Below are positions 52,507-62,581 of a stretch of 64,000 bases of DNA, in pieces. The position numbers were made by a program, and so were the translations under genes. The notes beneath the pieces are model-generated. The model searched no databases, was not told the DNA's origin, and was given only the letters and a program-made list of their open reading frames with translations. The DNA is from an uncultured Methanomassiliicoccales archaeon (GTDB lineage Archaea > Thermoplasmatota > Thermoplasmata > Methanomassiliicoccales > UBA472): contig OY968769.1 in assembly GCA_963695345.1 (NCBI GenBank), positions 128,001-192,000 on the forward strand, given 5' to 3'. The first letter of the stretch is position 1, and the number at the start of each line of letters is the position of its first letter.

Positions 52507-53349
52507 TCAAAGGACCGCCGGAGGCTGGATCTCCGTATCTAGGATCTTCACTCGGCTCTTCTTCTGGTCACGGATCCGGGAAGACAAGAGCCTCTGGACA
52601 TCGTTGAACGTGGGAATGTCGACAATGGCTCGGTGGGTTGTTTTCACCATGATGCCGTCCCAACGCCTGAAACCGGCATAGGCTGGGTTCCTCAACAATC
52701 TGGATATGGAGTAGATGGTCCATCCGTTCCCCCTCCGGGTCCGAACGTCCTTCTGGTTCAGCCCCTCCGCGATCTCCTTCATCTTCCGGCCGGCCAGATA
52801 GGAGGCGAAGACTTCCCTCACGACCTCGGCCTCGGCCTCGACTATGGCGAGATCGTCCTCCTTGATGCAATAGCCATATGGAGGGTTGAACCCCAGCAGC
52901 CCGGTTCCCGACTCAGCCTTCTGGGCCATGCCCATGTAGGTCCGTTCTCCGATCTGTTCCGATTCCAGTTGGGCGATGCGCTGGATGATATCTACCACGA
53001 AACGGCCGACGGCGTTGGAGGTGTCCAGGGACTCGTTCATGCTGGTGAACTTCTTGCCCCATTTCTCCAGGTCCTCCATCATGGTCATGAAGTTCTTCGA
53101 GTTACGGTGGATACGGTCCATCTTCATGACCAGGATCAGGTCCCAGCGGTCCTTGTCCGCCATCATCCTTTGGTATTCTGGCCGCTTGGTGTTGCGTCCG
53201 CTGTGGCCATCATCGATGTAGAACTCGACGATATCCCAACCCTGAGCCTCACAATAGGCCGCCAGCCGTTCCTTCTGGGCGTCCAGAGAATAGCCCTCTC
53301 TAGCCTGATCGTCAGTGGAAACCCTGGTATAGATCGCAGCTTTCACCAT
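52507..53349 (-). CDS. Serine recombinase (resolvase catalytic + 'recombinase' DNA-binding domain), copy B
   Basis: YTRVST.DQ, SG, RP, KMDRIHRN, AQLESE.I.ER, PPYGY, LRNPAYAG, HRAIVD; ends without a zinc ribbon. Confidence 0.95.
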   Translation of the reverse strand: MVKAAIYTRVSTDDQAREGYSLDAQKERLAAYCEAQGWDIVEFYIDDGHSGRNTKRPEYQRMMADKDRWDLILVMKMDRIHRNSKNFMTMMEDLEKWGKKFTSMNESLDTSNAVGRFVVDIIQRIAQLESEQIGERTYMGMAQKAESGTGLLGFNPPYGYCIKEDDLAIVEAEAEVVREVFASYLAGRKMKEIAEGLNQKDVRTRRGNGWTIYSISRLLRNPAYAGFRRWDGIMVKTTHRAIVDIPTFNDVQRLLSSRIRDQKKSRVKILDTEIQPPAVL

Positions 53350-53447
53350 GGCCAGTTCCCATCATTTTCCAGTTTGGTTAGTATCGCGGTGACTCGATTT
53401 AGATTTATAGTCATATGATAGGGCCGATATCGAATTGTATGGCTTGA

Positions 53448-54281
53448 TCATACCGCCGTCACGGTCGCCTGTGCCGATACAGGAGTAGAGGATCCAGGCA
53501 TTTTTCTTGAACATTTGGCGAGAAGTTCCTGGACCTCTTCATATGTCGTCATGTCGACGATCTGGGCGTGCTTGCCCTTCTGCAATATCATGTCCCAAAC
53601 GGAATAGCCAGTGTATATCCGGTTGGTGAGGATGCCATAGACGGTCGCCTTCTCCCATTTGGAGGCGTGCTTGGTCGGAACCTGCAAGAGGTTCAGTCTG
53701 GCGGCTATCTGGGATAAGGTGCAGCAGTCCTGGTAATCCTGGAATATCTGCCTGACAACCTCTGCCTCACCGGGTATCAATACCAGATCGTGCTCATCCC
53801 AGGCATAGCCATAAGGAGCGGGGAAACCCAAGAGACCTTTGCCTTTCTTGGCCTTCTGGGTCATGCCTACCTTGACCCTTTCACCGATCTGTTCAGATTC
53901 CAGCTGGGCAATGCGCTGTATGATATCCATGACGAAACGGCCCATGGCGGTTGTGGTATCGAAGCTCTCCTGCATCGAGTTGAACTCCTTGCCAGAATCC
54001 TTGAGCACGTTCATCATCAGAGTGAAATTGATCGAGTTACGGTGGATACGGTCCATCTTCAGAACCAAGAGAACATCCCACTTGTCGATCTCTGACATCA
54101 TCGATTTGTATGCTGGTCTTTCAATCGAACGGCCACTGTGCCCTTCATCCACATATTCGCCCGCGACCGCCCATCCACGCGCCTTGCAATAGGCGTTGAG
54201 CCGTTTGACCTGGGCTGCGATGCTGAACCCTTCCTTTGCTTGGTCTTCCGTCGAAACCCTGGCATAGAGAGCAGCACGCAT
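53448..54281 (-). CDS. Serine recombinase (resolvase catalytic + 'recombinase' DNA-binding domain), copy A
   Basis: YARVST.DQ, KMDRIHRN, AQLESE.IGER, APYGY, LTNRIYTG, HAQIVD; ends without a zinc ribbon. Confidence 0.95.
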   Translation of the reverse strand: MRAALYARVSTEDQAKEGFSIAAQVKRLNAYCKARGWAVAGEYVDEGHSGRSIERPAYKSMMSEIDKWDVLLVLKMDRIHRNSINFTLMMNVLKDSGKEFNSMQESFDTTTAMGRFVMDIIQRIAQLESEQIGERVKVGMTQKAKKGKGLLGFPAPYGYAWDEHDLVLIPGEAEVVRQIFQDYQDCCTLSQIAARLNLLQVPTKHASKWEKATVYGILTNRIYTGYSVWDMILQKGKHAQIVDMTTYEEVQELLAKCSRKMPGSSTPVSAQATVTAV

Positions 54282-54290
54282 CGCCTTCTC

Positions 54291-54501
54291 ACCTTGTCAG
54301 ACATTATTGGCTCAATAATCAATAATAATCCGACAATAAGCCGACATCTGTCTGACAACTATTAATATCCTTCATCATCAATTATCATTCTAGACATCAT
54401 ACATATAATAATTTAGCTAGTTACGTTACTATAATAAATAATGCTTGATGGTTCCATTATTGAAAGCTATTTATTAATTGAAAACCTTGTTTGACATTAT
54501 T
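54291..54501. promoter_or_regulatory. Repeat array (TGTCnGACA-type palindromes) in the recombinase/SSB divergent spacer
   Basis: TTGTCAGACA (54294-54303) and TGTCTGACAA (54349-54358) form an inverted repeat. ACCTTGTCAGACATTATT (54291-54308) and ACCTTGTTTGACATTATT (54484-54501) match 16/18 as a direct repeat. Confidence 0.6.
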
Positions 54502-54643
54502 TAATTAATCAAATAACGATAATACATTCATTATTATCAGCCAATCCCTTTCCGAAACTTTAATACCCAAGATTGAATCCTCGTGACTACGTCGCAAGGG
54601 ACATTGTAGGATCCTGAACGGCAATATTAATGGGGGCCGTATC

Positions 54644-54952
54644 ATGGCTGACAAGAAAATCGCTGAACTTAAGGACAGGGAAGAGGCCACCATCGAAGTG
54701 ACCGTAACAAAGATTATGCCAGTTCGTCAATTCACAAAGAAGGACGGCGGACAGGGAAAAGTCAGGAACGTAAGCGTCAATGATGAAACCGGTTCCTGCA
54801 GAATCGCGCTCTGGGACGCCGACGCCGATATGATCGAGACCCTGGGCATTGCTGAGGGGACGAAATTGAAGTGTGTCAATTGCTTTGTCAAGCAAACGGA
54901 CTTCGGTATCGACATCTCCAGGGGACGGAAAGGAACGATAGAAAAAATCTAA
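54644..54952 (+). CDS. Single OB-fold ssDNA-binding protein (RPA/SSB-like)
   Basis: KIAELK..VTKIMPVRQFTKKDGGQGKVRNVSVNDETGSCRIALWD; T-tract after the stop codon. Confidence 0.88.
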   Translation: MADKKIAELKDREEATIEVTVTKIMPVRQFTKKDGGQGKVRNVSVNDETGSCRIALWDADADMIETLGIAEGTKLKCVNCFVKQTDFGIDISRGRKGTIEKI

Positions 54953-55173
54953 TCCGTTCAAACCTTTTTAATTATCGTTAGTTACGATATCACATTTATT
55001 TATTTATGAACTAGCAACAATAGGCTAGAATCGATTTTTTCTGAACCATCCAGTATCATATTCGCATCATATTTGATTTATTGTTAATAATAATTATTGA
55101 TATATTAATCAACGATTATGACCAAAATAGGAAAACTAGAATATGAAAAATAAGGAAAGGGGAAGAGAGCCCA

Positions 55174-56750
55174 TTACGGCTCATTCTTCGTTTTGATCCT
55201 AAGCGCAACGACACCGACTATCGCCACACAGACCAATGCGATCAACGCGATCATCGCCCAGAGGTCGGTCGAATCCTGCGAAGAGGTGCCCACTATTGTG
55301 TTCGCCGCCGTTTGCGTTTCCGTGGTCTCTACCTTACCCTCTGTGATGTTACCAATCGCCTGACTGGCCACGACCGGGTCGGTTGGCGCCAATGTCATTA
55401 CGGTGTTCATCTGGGCTACGTCCATTATCTCACCGCTCACCTGATCCATTGTGCTATCGGAAGGGGTCTCGGTCACTTCGGTCGCCGGAGCGGCTGCAGC
55501 GGGAGTGTCGGTTGTCGATGGAGTCCGGTCACTTCGGTCGCCGGAGCGGCTGCAGCGGGAGTGTCGGTTGTCGATGGGGTCTCGGTCACTTCGGTCGCCG
55601 GAGCGGCTGCAGCGGGAGTGACAAGGAATGGACTGAGTATGCCGTTGGTGGGTATGCTCATCAGGCTCGGCAGGTCGAACTGTGGATTCAGCGACAATCC
55701 GGTTATGAACTCGGTGTTCGGTGAATAGTAGATGTGAGTACCAGTGCGCGACTCCACGACGTCGAATACCGTATTGCCCTTGTTGTAGCAAGTTTGGTCG
55801 GCATTGCTTACCCCGACACAGGTCATGCATGTTTTTAGATCGAGAGATACTGGGCCGAACGCGCCTTTGTCGAGCGGGATGCTGCCCAAGGACGTGAGAT
55901 CCTTCAGATAGAGCGTACCGTTGAATGCCGCTGCGTCCTTGTCGATCTTACAGAGTATTGAATTGGGAAGGCCAGTCTCCTTGAAGACTCCATCGATCTT
56001 TCCCTTCACGGTCATGGTGGTGTCGACATTCCAGGTGTTCCCCACGCACATCGGGAAATCAAGTAGCTGCAGTGCCGGACAGAACTCGATGGTGTCATTC
56101 AGGGTGAGGTGCAGTGACTCATGGACATCTAAGGCATTATAGGTCACCTGCACATTGAGGGCGTCCAATAGCGAGCCCATCGATGGCATGCAATCAACCT
56201 TCAGCGACAAGCTCTGGTCGACGGCAGTGTTGGATACGATGCGTTCGATACCCATGGTCGATTTCTCAACGGTCACGGTTCCACATGAAGTAACTGTGAG
56301 GCACAGACTGACCGCACCGCTCACTGAGGTCTTCACATATTTCATGTCATTAAGGCTGTAGACTCCGGAAACCGGTAAATCACCGCATATTTTGACGTTA
56401 ACGCATGCCCACATATGGATGGCGGCGCTGTATCCCAGGACATAGGTGTCGTCCGTTACTTCGGTCACCTTGAACACTACATAGGAACAGGCCTTGCCTT
56501 TGACATCGAGATTCTCGATGGTAAGGTCATGGCCCAGAACGGCCAATTCCTTTTCGAGCGCGCATAGATTGTCCTTCGCCACGCTGGCTAGGTCTATCTC
56601 ACCGCTGATCGCCCAGGTCTGACATTTGGTCCAGGTTGGGGTGGGGGCAGACTCGCCCTGTGCCATGACCGCGCCAGATGAAATGATCAACATGGAAAGT
56701 ATAGCCAAAACCGAGATTATTTTTGCAGAATTGTTGTAGGGAATTCTCAT
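55174..56750 (-). CDS. Cys-rich cell-surface protein with Thr/Pro/Ala linker and C-terminal TM (frameshift inside the tandem repeat)
   Basis: Signal peptide, APTPTWTKCQTWA; ORFs 55473-56750 and 55174-55830 join through TPAAAAPATEVTETPSTTD repeats. Confidence 0.8.
55463..55620. repeat. 57-bp tandem repeat, ~2.8 copies
   Basis: Units start at 55463 (57 bp), 55520 (56 bp) and 55576 (partial). Confidence 0.92.
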
Positions 56751-57589
56751 GGTGATAGAAGATATATCTCACCTAATAAGTTAGTTTTGTTTAAAATCAA
56801 AAAAGAATAATTGAGAAGCAAACCTTTTATAATAGATTCGGAAAACTAGGATAATAATTCAGTAATTGAAATATTAAATGACCGTGTCTGAAATTATGAT
56901 CCCAAGTGTGAAGTTCGAGAATTGATGCCAAGATTGGTCCTTTTGGGGCTAGATACACCTTCATATTAGCTGCCCATTCCCGGAAGTACTCTGCCTTTAT
57001 TGGCTGGTTTACCGGGAGTCTACCTGGAGACGATAACGGCGCCGATGCTCAGGATAATTGTAGCGACCAACAATAATGTCCCTTGATATTGATATTGATA
57101 ATCACGATCTTAGCGAAAAATGGATGGAAAAATGGACGGCGAGGAAGGCCAACGATTGACGTGATTAAGATTGAGCGGGTTCATAGTTATTTTAAAAAGG
57201 TCGGTAACGAGGAGAGCCTAGAATGATGTGTCATGGTTCCGGATCCTTCATGATCGCACTAAATGAGACGGATCGGAGACATCAAACACTGGCATTGAAG
57301 GGAGACCGGATTGAACGAGTGACGAAGAGAATGATTGATCAAGTCTAACCATTCTGACAAATATAATGTTATTTACATTTAATAATTTATTAGTTTAGTA
57401 TATGATAACCAACGATTTTCATCGAAAACCATTGATAGCCAGTGTTTTGATGCATGAATACTTAATCGACAATAATAAGATAAAATATTATATTATAGAT
57501 AAATTTGAATATGATGATTGTAGAAATGGACGGATGGTTACGAAGGAGATGAAGAAAAGAGGAATGGGTTTGAAGGGTTTTTCTGCACA

Positions 57590-58957
57590 TCAACGGCTCT
57601 TTTTCTTAAGGACCCAGAACAGTAGGACGGCGCAGACCAGAGCGGCGATTGTCACTAGCCCTATCCAGAAAAGACCAGTGATGGGGCCGGCCGGTGAATC
57701 CGTCGTTCCAGAGCCCTCCGGGATAACCAGAGAGACTGGCTCGATCCCCTGGATGGCTCCTATCTGGGATATCTCGCTGGTGGCGTTTGTCGGGTTGGCG
57801 GATTCGATGGAGATGTCGGTTTTCAGGTCAAGGGCGCTGGTGATGCTGTTCTCTGGAAGGGGCATTACCCCGTTCAACATGTCCATCTGAGGTTTCACCA
57901 AGGCACCGACCAGGAACTCGCTGTCCGGTGAGTAGAACAGGTGGACCCCGGTCTGCTTTTCCTCCACATCGAACACCGTCCTGCTGTCTCCGGCACCTTC
58001 GATCGATTCTGTCCCAACGCATTCCATCGCCGCGGTGATATCCTGTTCCATCGGGGATATGGTGCCGTTAGAAATCTCGATGCTACCGAGCTTTGTCAGG
58101 TCCTGGACAAGGACCGAGCCGGTGAACGGACCGTTCTTTGTGGCAAATGCGGATGTCATCGATGAGGGCAGACCGGTAGCGTTGAAATACCCCGTTGCCG
58201 ACCCTTCCAGGGTCATGAGGGAATCGATCCCCCATTTGTCCCCCACGGTCATTGGGAACTTCAGGATCTGCAACGAGGGGCTGAAATCTACGCATGATGT
58301 TAGTCCCAGGTGCAGCCTCTCATCGACCTTGAAGTCATCATAGTTCATGTTGACGGTTATTCCGTTCATGTTGATGGTGGAAGAATAGGTCGGGAAATTC
58401 GAGGCCTCGAAGGTCAATTGCTCATCCAAATATGTGAGGGATGTCATGCCGCTGATCGCCATGGTGGCCTTGTCGATGGTCACGAATCCATGCGAGGTAA
58501 GGCATAGGTCCAGGCAAGCCAGCATCGTGACGGTCTTGTTCTCGGTGGTCATGTAGGCCAGTTTATAGGTCCCTTCCGCGGGCAGATCCCCGGAGATGTT
58601 CAGACCGATTTCTCCATGGATGCGGACCCCGATGCTGAATTCTAGAAGGTATGTGTCCTGTTGGACATCAGCCACCTTGAATACCATCCAGGCTCCAGCT
58701 TTTCCCTCCAATTGGATATGATCCACACTGATGTTCCCGCCCAGCAGGGCCAAGGCATCCTGCAGAGAGCCGATGTTCTCCTGAAGCTCACTTTCCAGGT
58801 CCCTCTCCCCGCCGACCGCCCAGGTCTGATTCTTGGTCCACGTGGGCAGAGGGGCGGTTTGATCGTCCGCAATGACCGCGGACGAGGAAATGATCACTAG
58901 AGAAAGGACAACGAAGAAGGAAAGCATCTTCCCGGTCGCACGACTGGTAATCCTCAT
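57590..58957 (-). CDS. Cell-surface protein, paralog of 55174-56750
   Basis: Signal peptide, APLPTWTKNQTWA; shared FP.TVG..W, TGLP, TVFDVxE..TG.H..YSP motifs; C-terminal TM and KKKSR. Confidence 0.85.
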   Translation of the reverse strand: MRITSRATGKMLSFFVVLSLVIISSSAVIADDQTAPLPTWTKNQTWAVGGERDLESELQENIGSLQDALALLGGNISVDHIQLEGKAGAWMVFKVADVQQDTYLLEFSIGVRIHGEIGLNISGDLPAEGTYKLAYMTTENKTVTMLACLDLCLTSHGFVTIDKATMAISGMTSLTYLDEQLTFEASNFPTYSSTINMNGITVNMNYDDFKVDERLHLGLTSCVDFSPSLQILKFPMTVGDKWGIDSLMTLEGSATGYFNATGLPSSMTSAFATKNGPFTGSVLVQDLTKLGSIEISNGTISPMEQDITAAMECVGTESIEGAGDSRTVFDVEEKQTGVHLFYSPDSEFLVGALVKPQMDMLNGVMPLPENSITSALDLKTDISIESANPTNATSEISQIGAIQGIEPVSLVIPEGSGTTDSPAGPITGLFWIGLVTIAALVCAVLLFWVLKKKSR

Positions 58958-59172
58958 TAAAACAACAGTGACGTGGCATGATATCTTTGTTTTGAGCATT
59001 CTAGGGGAAAATGAAATAATGCACCGCCAAGAATGGACCGTTCGACGAAGTTTCGTTACAAAATGTTTGCGGATCCGTTCGATGATTTGATGATCGACTT
59101 GGACAGATAGATCGAAAAAAGAGTGAAAGGAAAGGGATTTGATTAAGGTGTTTTGGGACGCTCGGAATGCGT

Positions 59173-60831
59173 TCAGCCCATTCCCGGCATGCCCATTCCC
59201 GGCGGCATTCCACCCTGTGCGCCTGGCGGCATCGGGGGTGCCTTCCTGGAGGCGATGACGTCGTCGATCCTCAGGATCATGTTGGCGACCTCTGCCGCCG
59301 ACTTGACCGCCTGGGTCTTGACGCGGAGCGGCTCGATGACGTTGAGCTTCAGCATGTCGTCCGGCTTGCCGGTGTCCAGGTTGATGCCCATGTTCTTGCC
59401 GTTCTTCTTCTCGTGCGCGCTCTTCAGCTGGATGACGACATCGATGGCGTCCAGTCCAGCGTTCTCGGCGAGGGCCCACGGGATTACGTCCATGGCGTTG
59501 GCGAAGGCCTCGATGGCCAGCTGCTCCCTTCCTCCGACGGTGGAGGCGTAGGATGCGAGCCTGAGGGACAGCTCGATCTCAGGGGCTCCAGCTCCCGGAA
59601 CGACCTTGCCGTCCTCGAGTGCCACTCCGACGACGCGGAGCGAGTCGTGCATGGCGCGCTCGACCTCGTCGATGACGTGGTCGGTGCCGCCACGGATGAT
59701 GATGGAGATGGCCTTCGGGTTCTTGCAGTCGGTGATGAATGTCATCTCTGCCTCGCCGATCTTCTTCTCCTCGACCTGTCCGGCGGTTCCCAGGTCAGCC
59801 GAGGTCAGCTCGTCGATGTTGCCGACGACGTTGGCTCCGGTGGCCTTGGAGATCTTTTCCATGTCGGACTCCTTGAGGCGCCTGACAGCGAAGATATCCT
59901 GCTTTGCCAGGTAGTGCTGCACCAGGTCGTCGATGCCCTTCTGGCAGAAGACGACGTTCGCGCCGGCGGCCTTGATCTTGTCGGCCATCTTCTTCAGGGT
60001 CGCCTCTTCCTCATCGAGGAAGCGCTGCATCTGGGACGGGTCGCGGATCTGGATCTTGGCCTCGACCTCGGTCTTCTTGATCTCCAGTGCGGCGGAGAGC
60101 AGGGCGATCTTGGCCTTCTTGACGACCTTGGCCATCCTCGGGTGCACGCGCTCCTTGTCGATCACGATGCCCTTGATGATCTCGGTGTCAGCGATGGATC
60201 CGCCGGTCTTCTTCTCCACCTTGATGTTGTCGACGTCGACGGTCCACTTGCCAGCGCTGTTCTTCTCGGCGATGGCCTTGATGGCCTGGACGCTCAGGTC
60301 GGAGAGGAAGTCCCTCTGTCCGCCCACGCTCTTGCCGGTCATGGCGGTCATGGCCACCCTGGTCAGCATGTCCACGTCGTCGACGGAGACCGGGACCGCG
60401 ATGGTGTCCAGTATCTTCAATGCCTCAGCGGCCGCCATCTTGTACCCGTTCGCGATGATCGTCGGGTGGATGTTCGACTCGATGAGCGCCTCTGCCTTCT
60501 TCAGGAGCTCGCCGGCGATGATGACGGACGATGTTGTCCCATCCCCGCACTCGCTGTCCTGGGTCTTTGCGACCTCGACGACCATCTTGGCCGCCGGGTG
60601 CTGTACATCGATCTCCTTCAGGATCGTTACGCCATCGTTTGTGATGACGACGTCTCCCATGGAATCAACCAGCATCTTGTCCATGCCCTTTGGTCCCAAG
60701 GTCGATCTTACAGCGTCAGCGACGGCGCGGGCGGCAGCGATGTTGTTCGTCTGCGCGTCCCTGTTCTTCGATCTCTCGGTCCCTTCTCGGAGCACGATGA
60801 CCTGTTGACCATTACCCATTCCGTATGACAT
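59173..60831 (-). CDS. ths: Thermosome (group II chaperonin) subunit
   Basis: [40 protein letters not shown]-rich tail; GGAGG RBS. Confidence 0.98.
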   Translation of the reverse strand: MSYGMGNGQQVIVLREGTERSKNRDAQTNNIAAARAVADAVRSTLGPKGMDKMLVDSMGDVVITNDGVTILKEIDVQHPAAKMVVEVAKTQDSECGDGTTSSVIIAGELLKKAEALIESNIHPTIIANGYKMAAAEALKILDTIAVPVSVDDVDMLTRVAMTAMTGKSVGGQRDFLSDLSVQAIKAIAEKNSAGKWTVDVDNIKVEKKTGGSIADTEIIKGIVIDKERVHPRMAKVVKKAKIALLSAALEIKKTEVEAKIQIRDPSQMQRFLDEEEATLKKMADKIKAAGANVVFCQKGIDDLVQHYLAKQDIFAVRRLKESDMEKISKATGANVVGNIDELTSADLGTAGQVEEKKIGEAEMTFITDCKNPKAISIIIRGGTDHVIDEVERAMHDSLRVVGVALEDGKVVPGAGAPEIELSLRLASYASTVGGREQLAIEAFANAMDVIPWALAENAGLDAIDVVIQLKSAHEKKNGKNMGINLDTGKPDDMLKLNVIEPLRVKTQAVKSAAEVANMILRIDDVIASRKAPPMPPGAQGGMPPGMGMPGMG

Positions 60832-62482
60832 TAGAAATCCTCCGTGTGGGCGGTATTTTAGTGCTTCTATATAAGGTTTTCTTGATCAGCTGCCCTCCCC
60901 ACTTGTGTGTGGCATAGGCAATGGACCTCTCCGGCCAGCTCAGCTGGAGATTTCGGTGCAGTTCGGCATCGATGCGGGGATATGGAACGTCGATACCAGC
61001 CTTCTTGAGCTTCGCGAACGCCCGCTCACGGAAGTCGGATAGCGCCTTCTTCCGGACATTGGCATCGTTGACCCAGATGTAGCAGACGAAGTCGAGCCAA
61101 GAATCGTTGAACCCGGTCAAGATGACCATGGGGATGAAGCCTGGTTCGTGCGATGCGTCTGGGAATTCGATCGCCGCCTCGAGCAGAAGCCCTTTGACCT
61201 TCTCCACGTCCGCGTCGTATGGTATGTGCAGGTCCGCGCGGAGACGCATCTTCCTGTCTGGACGGATCACGTTCGTGACCCTCTTCATGGCCATGATGTT
61301 GTTCGGGATGACCACGGTGGTCGCGTTATCATTGTCATAGAGGCGGGTCGAGCGCAACCCTACCTTGATCACCTGGTAGACCTTACCGCCATCTAATTTC
61401 ATGAGGTCGCCGGGTTTGTATGGCCGGTCCACCATGATCTCCATGCCCCCGAAGAAGTTCGATAGGGTCGGTTTCGCCGCCAGCCCGATGACCATTCCCA
61501 TGAAACCGAGCGTAGCCAGCAGCGCAGTCACATTGTAGCCCAGCCGGTACAGGACGATCGTCAATCCGATCAGGGGTATGATTATCGCACCGGTCTTCTC
61601 GGCGACATTGACCACCACATCGTCATACTCGACCTTCGACCTGGCGGCGGCGCTTTTACCGTACTCCAGGACGATGCTGTCGAAGACCCCGTAAGCCCAC
61701 CAGGTGAGCATCAGCACGGTCAGGACGAAATAGCCGTTCTCGATGCCCGGCAGCCATTCCCTTGGCAAAGCCAGTATCTCAAGCGAGGTCTTCGTCCCGT
61801 ATCCAAGGACGACTATGAAGAGAGGCCATTTGCTGACCTTCAGAAGCCGATCGTCAAGTTGGGTATCGGTCTTGCGGGTCAGGAACTTGACCGTAGGGAA
61901 AAGGACCATGATGAACGCGGCGGCGATACCGGCCCAGATGAGCACCGATATGAGGAACGTGACCGGGCTTTCATTCAACGGTGCCGGAAGCGGATTGGGA
62001 AACTCGCCCAATATCTTGTTGAATTTTGACTCCTCGCCATAAAGTGAGGCGACGTGGAGGGCGGCGGCCTTGGAAACGATTATCTCGCTTGCGGGATCGT
62101 CCATACGGGTTATGTTCAGCGAAACGGCGAAGGAATGGTCGGCCAAGGGGGCCAAGGTCGAGGCGGTCACGCTCAGCAGCACCTCAGCGTTCTCCCCCGG
62201 ACCGATGACCAGGTAGCTGGGATGAGTGGTCACCGTCAGGTAGTCCGGGGAGGCTCCGGCATAGGTGTCCACGAGAAGTGATGAGTTGCCGCCGTTGAAT
62301 ATGCTCCAGCGGAAGGTGGCTGTATCCCCCGCGGTGATGGATTTTTGATAATTATCTACGTCGAACACCTCGGCTCCGGTGGGTTGAGCCAAAGAGACCG
62401 AAGGCAACATCAGGAGTGAGAATACCGCGACCGCCAGGACCATGGCGAACACCCACCCGGAGACACTGAATACCCTTCTCAT
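60812..62482 (-). CDS. mscS: MscS mechanosensitive channel with N-terminal extracellular domain
   Basis: [39 protein letters not shown]. The true end is probably near 60940, since the ORF tail runs over the thermosome promoter. Confidence 0.88.
   Translation of the reverse strand: MRRVFSVSGWVFAMVLAVAVFSLLMLPSVSLAQPTGAEVFDVDNYQKSITAGDTATFRWSIFNGGNSSLLVDTYAGASPDYLTVTTHPSYLVIGPGENAEVLLSVTASTLAPLADHSFAVSLNITRMDDPASEIIVSKAAALHVASLYGEESKFNKILGEFPNPLPAPLNESPVTFLISVLIWAGIAAAFIMVLFPTVKFLTRKTDTQLDDRLLKVSKWPLFIVVLGYGTKTSLEILALPREWLPGIENGYFVLTVLMLTWWAYGVFDSIVLEYGKSAAARSKVEYDDVVVNVAEKTGAIIIPLIGLTIVLYRLGYNVTALLATLGFMGMVIGLAAKPTLSNFFGGMEIMVDRPYKPGDLMKLDGGKVYQVIKVGLRSTRLYDNDNATTVVIPNNIMAMKRVTNVIRPDRKMRLRADLHIPYDADVEKVKGLLLEAAIEFPDASHEPGFIPMVILTGFNDSWLDFVCYIWVNDANVRKKALSDFRERAFAKLKKAGIDVPYPRIDAELHRNLQLSWPERSIAYATHKWGGQLIKKTLYRSTKIPPTRRISNVIRNG
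60858..60881 (-). promoter_or_regulatory. Thermosome BRE/TATA with motif TATAGAAGCACTAA
   Basis: Minus strand reads GAAAACCTTATATAGAAGCACTAA. Confidence 0.65.
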
Positions 62483-62581
62483 GCGGAACGCTGGGGGATG
62501 AATATGGACCATATTAATCATTGGCCTGTCCGAAGAAGCAACTGGAGAAGGATTTAATATCCCACAGACCAACTCGAACGC

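Noticed and set aside
52507-54281. IS607 or Tn3 resolvase interpretation of the recombinases
   Set aside because: There is no N-terminal MerR-type HTH, no TnpB and no transposase; the C-terminal domain is integrase-type.
55463-55620. Possible CRISPR array
   Set aside because: Contiguous repeats with no unique spacers, inside a coding linker; no cas genes.
58958-59479. N-terminal extension of the 629-aa ORF 57590-59479
   Set aside because: Overlaps the thermosome in another frame; the signal peptide begins at 58957.
59167-60828. 553-aa plus-strand ORF (also 59933-60808)
   Set aside because: Antisense shadow of the thermosome gene.
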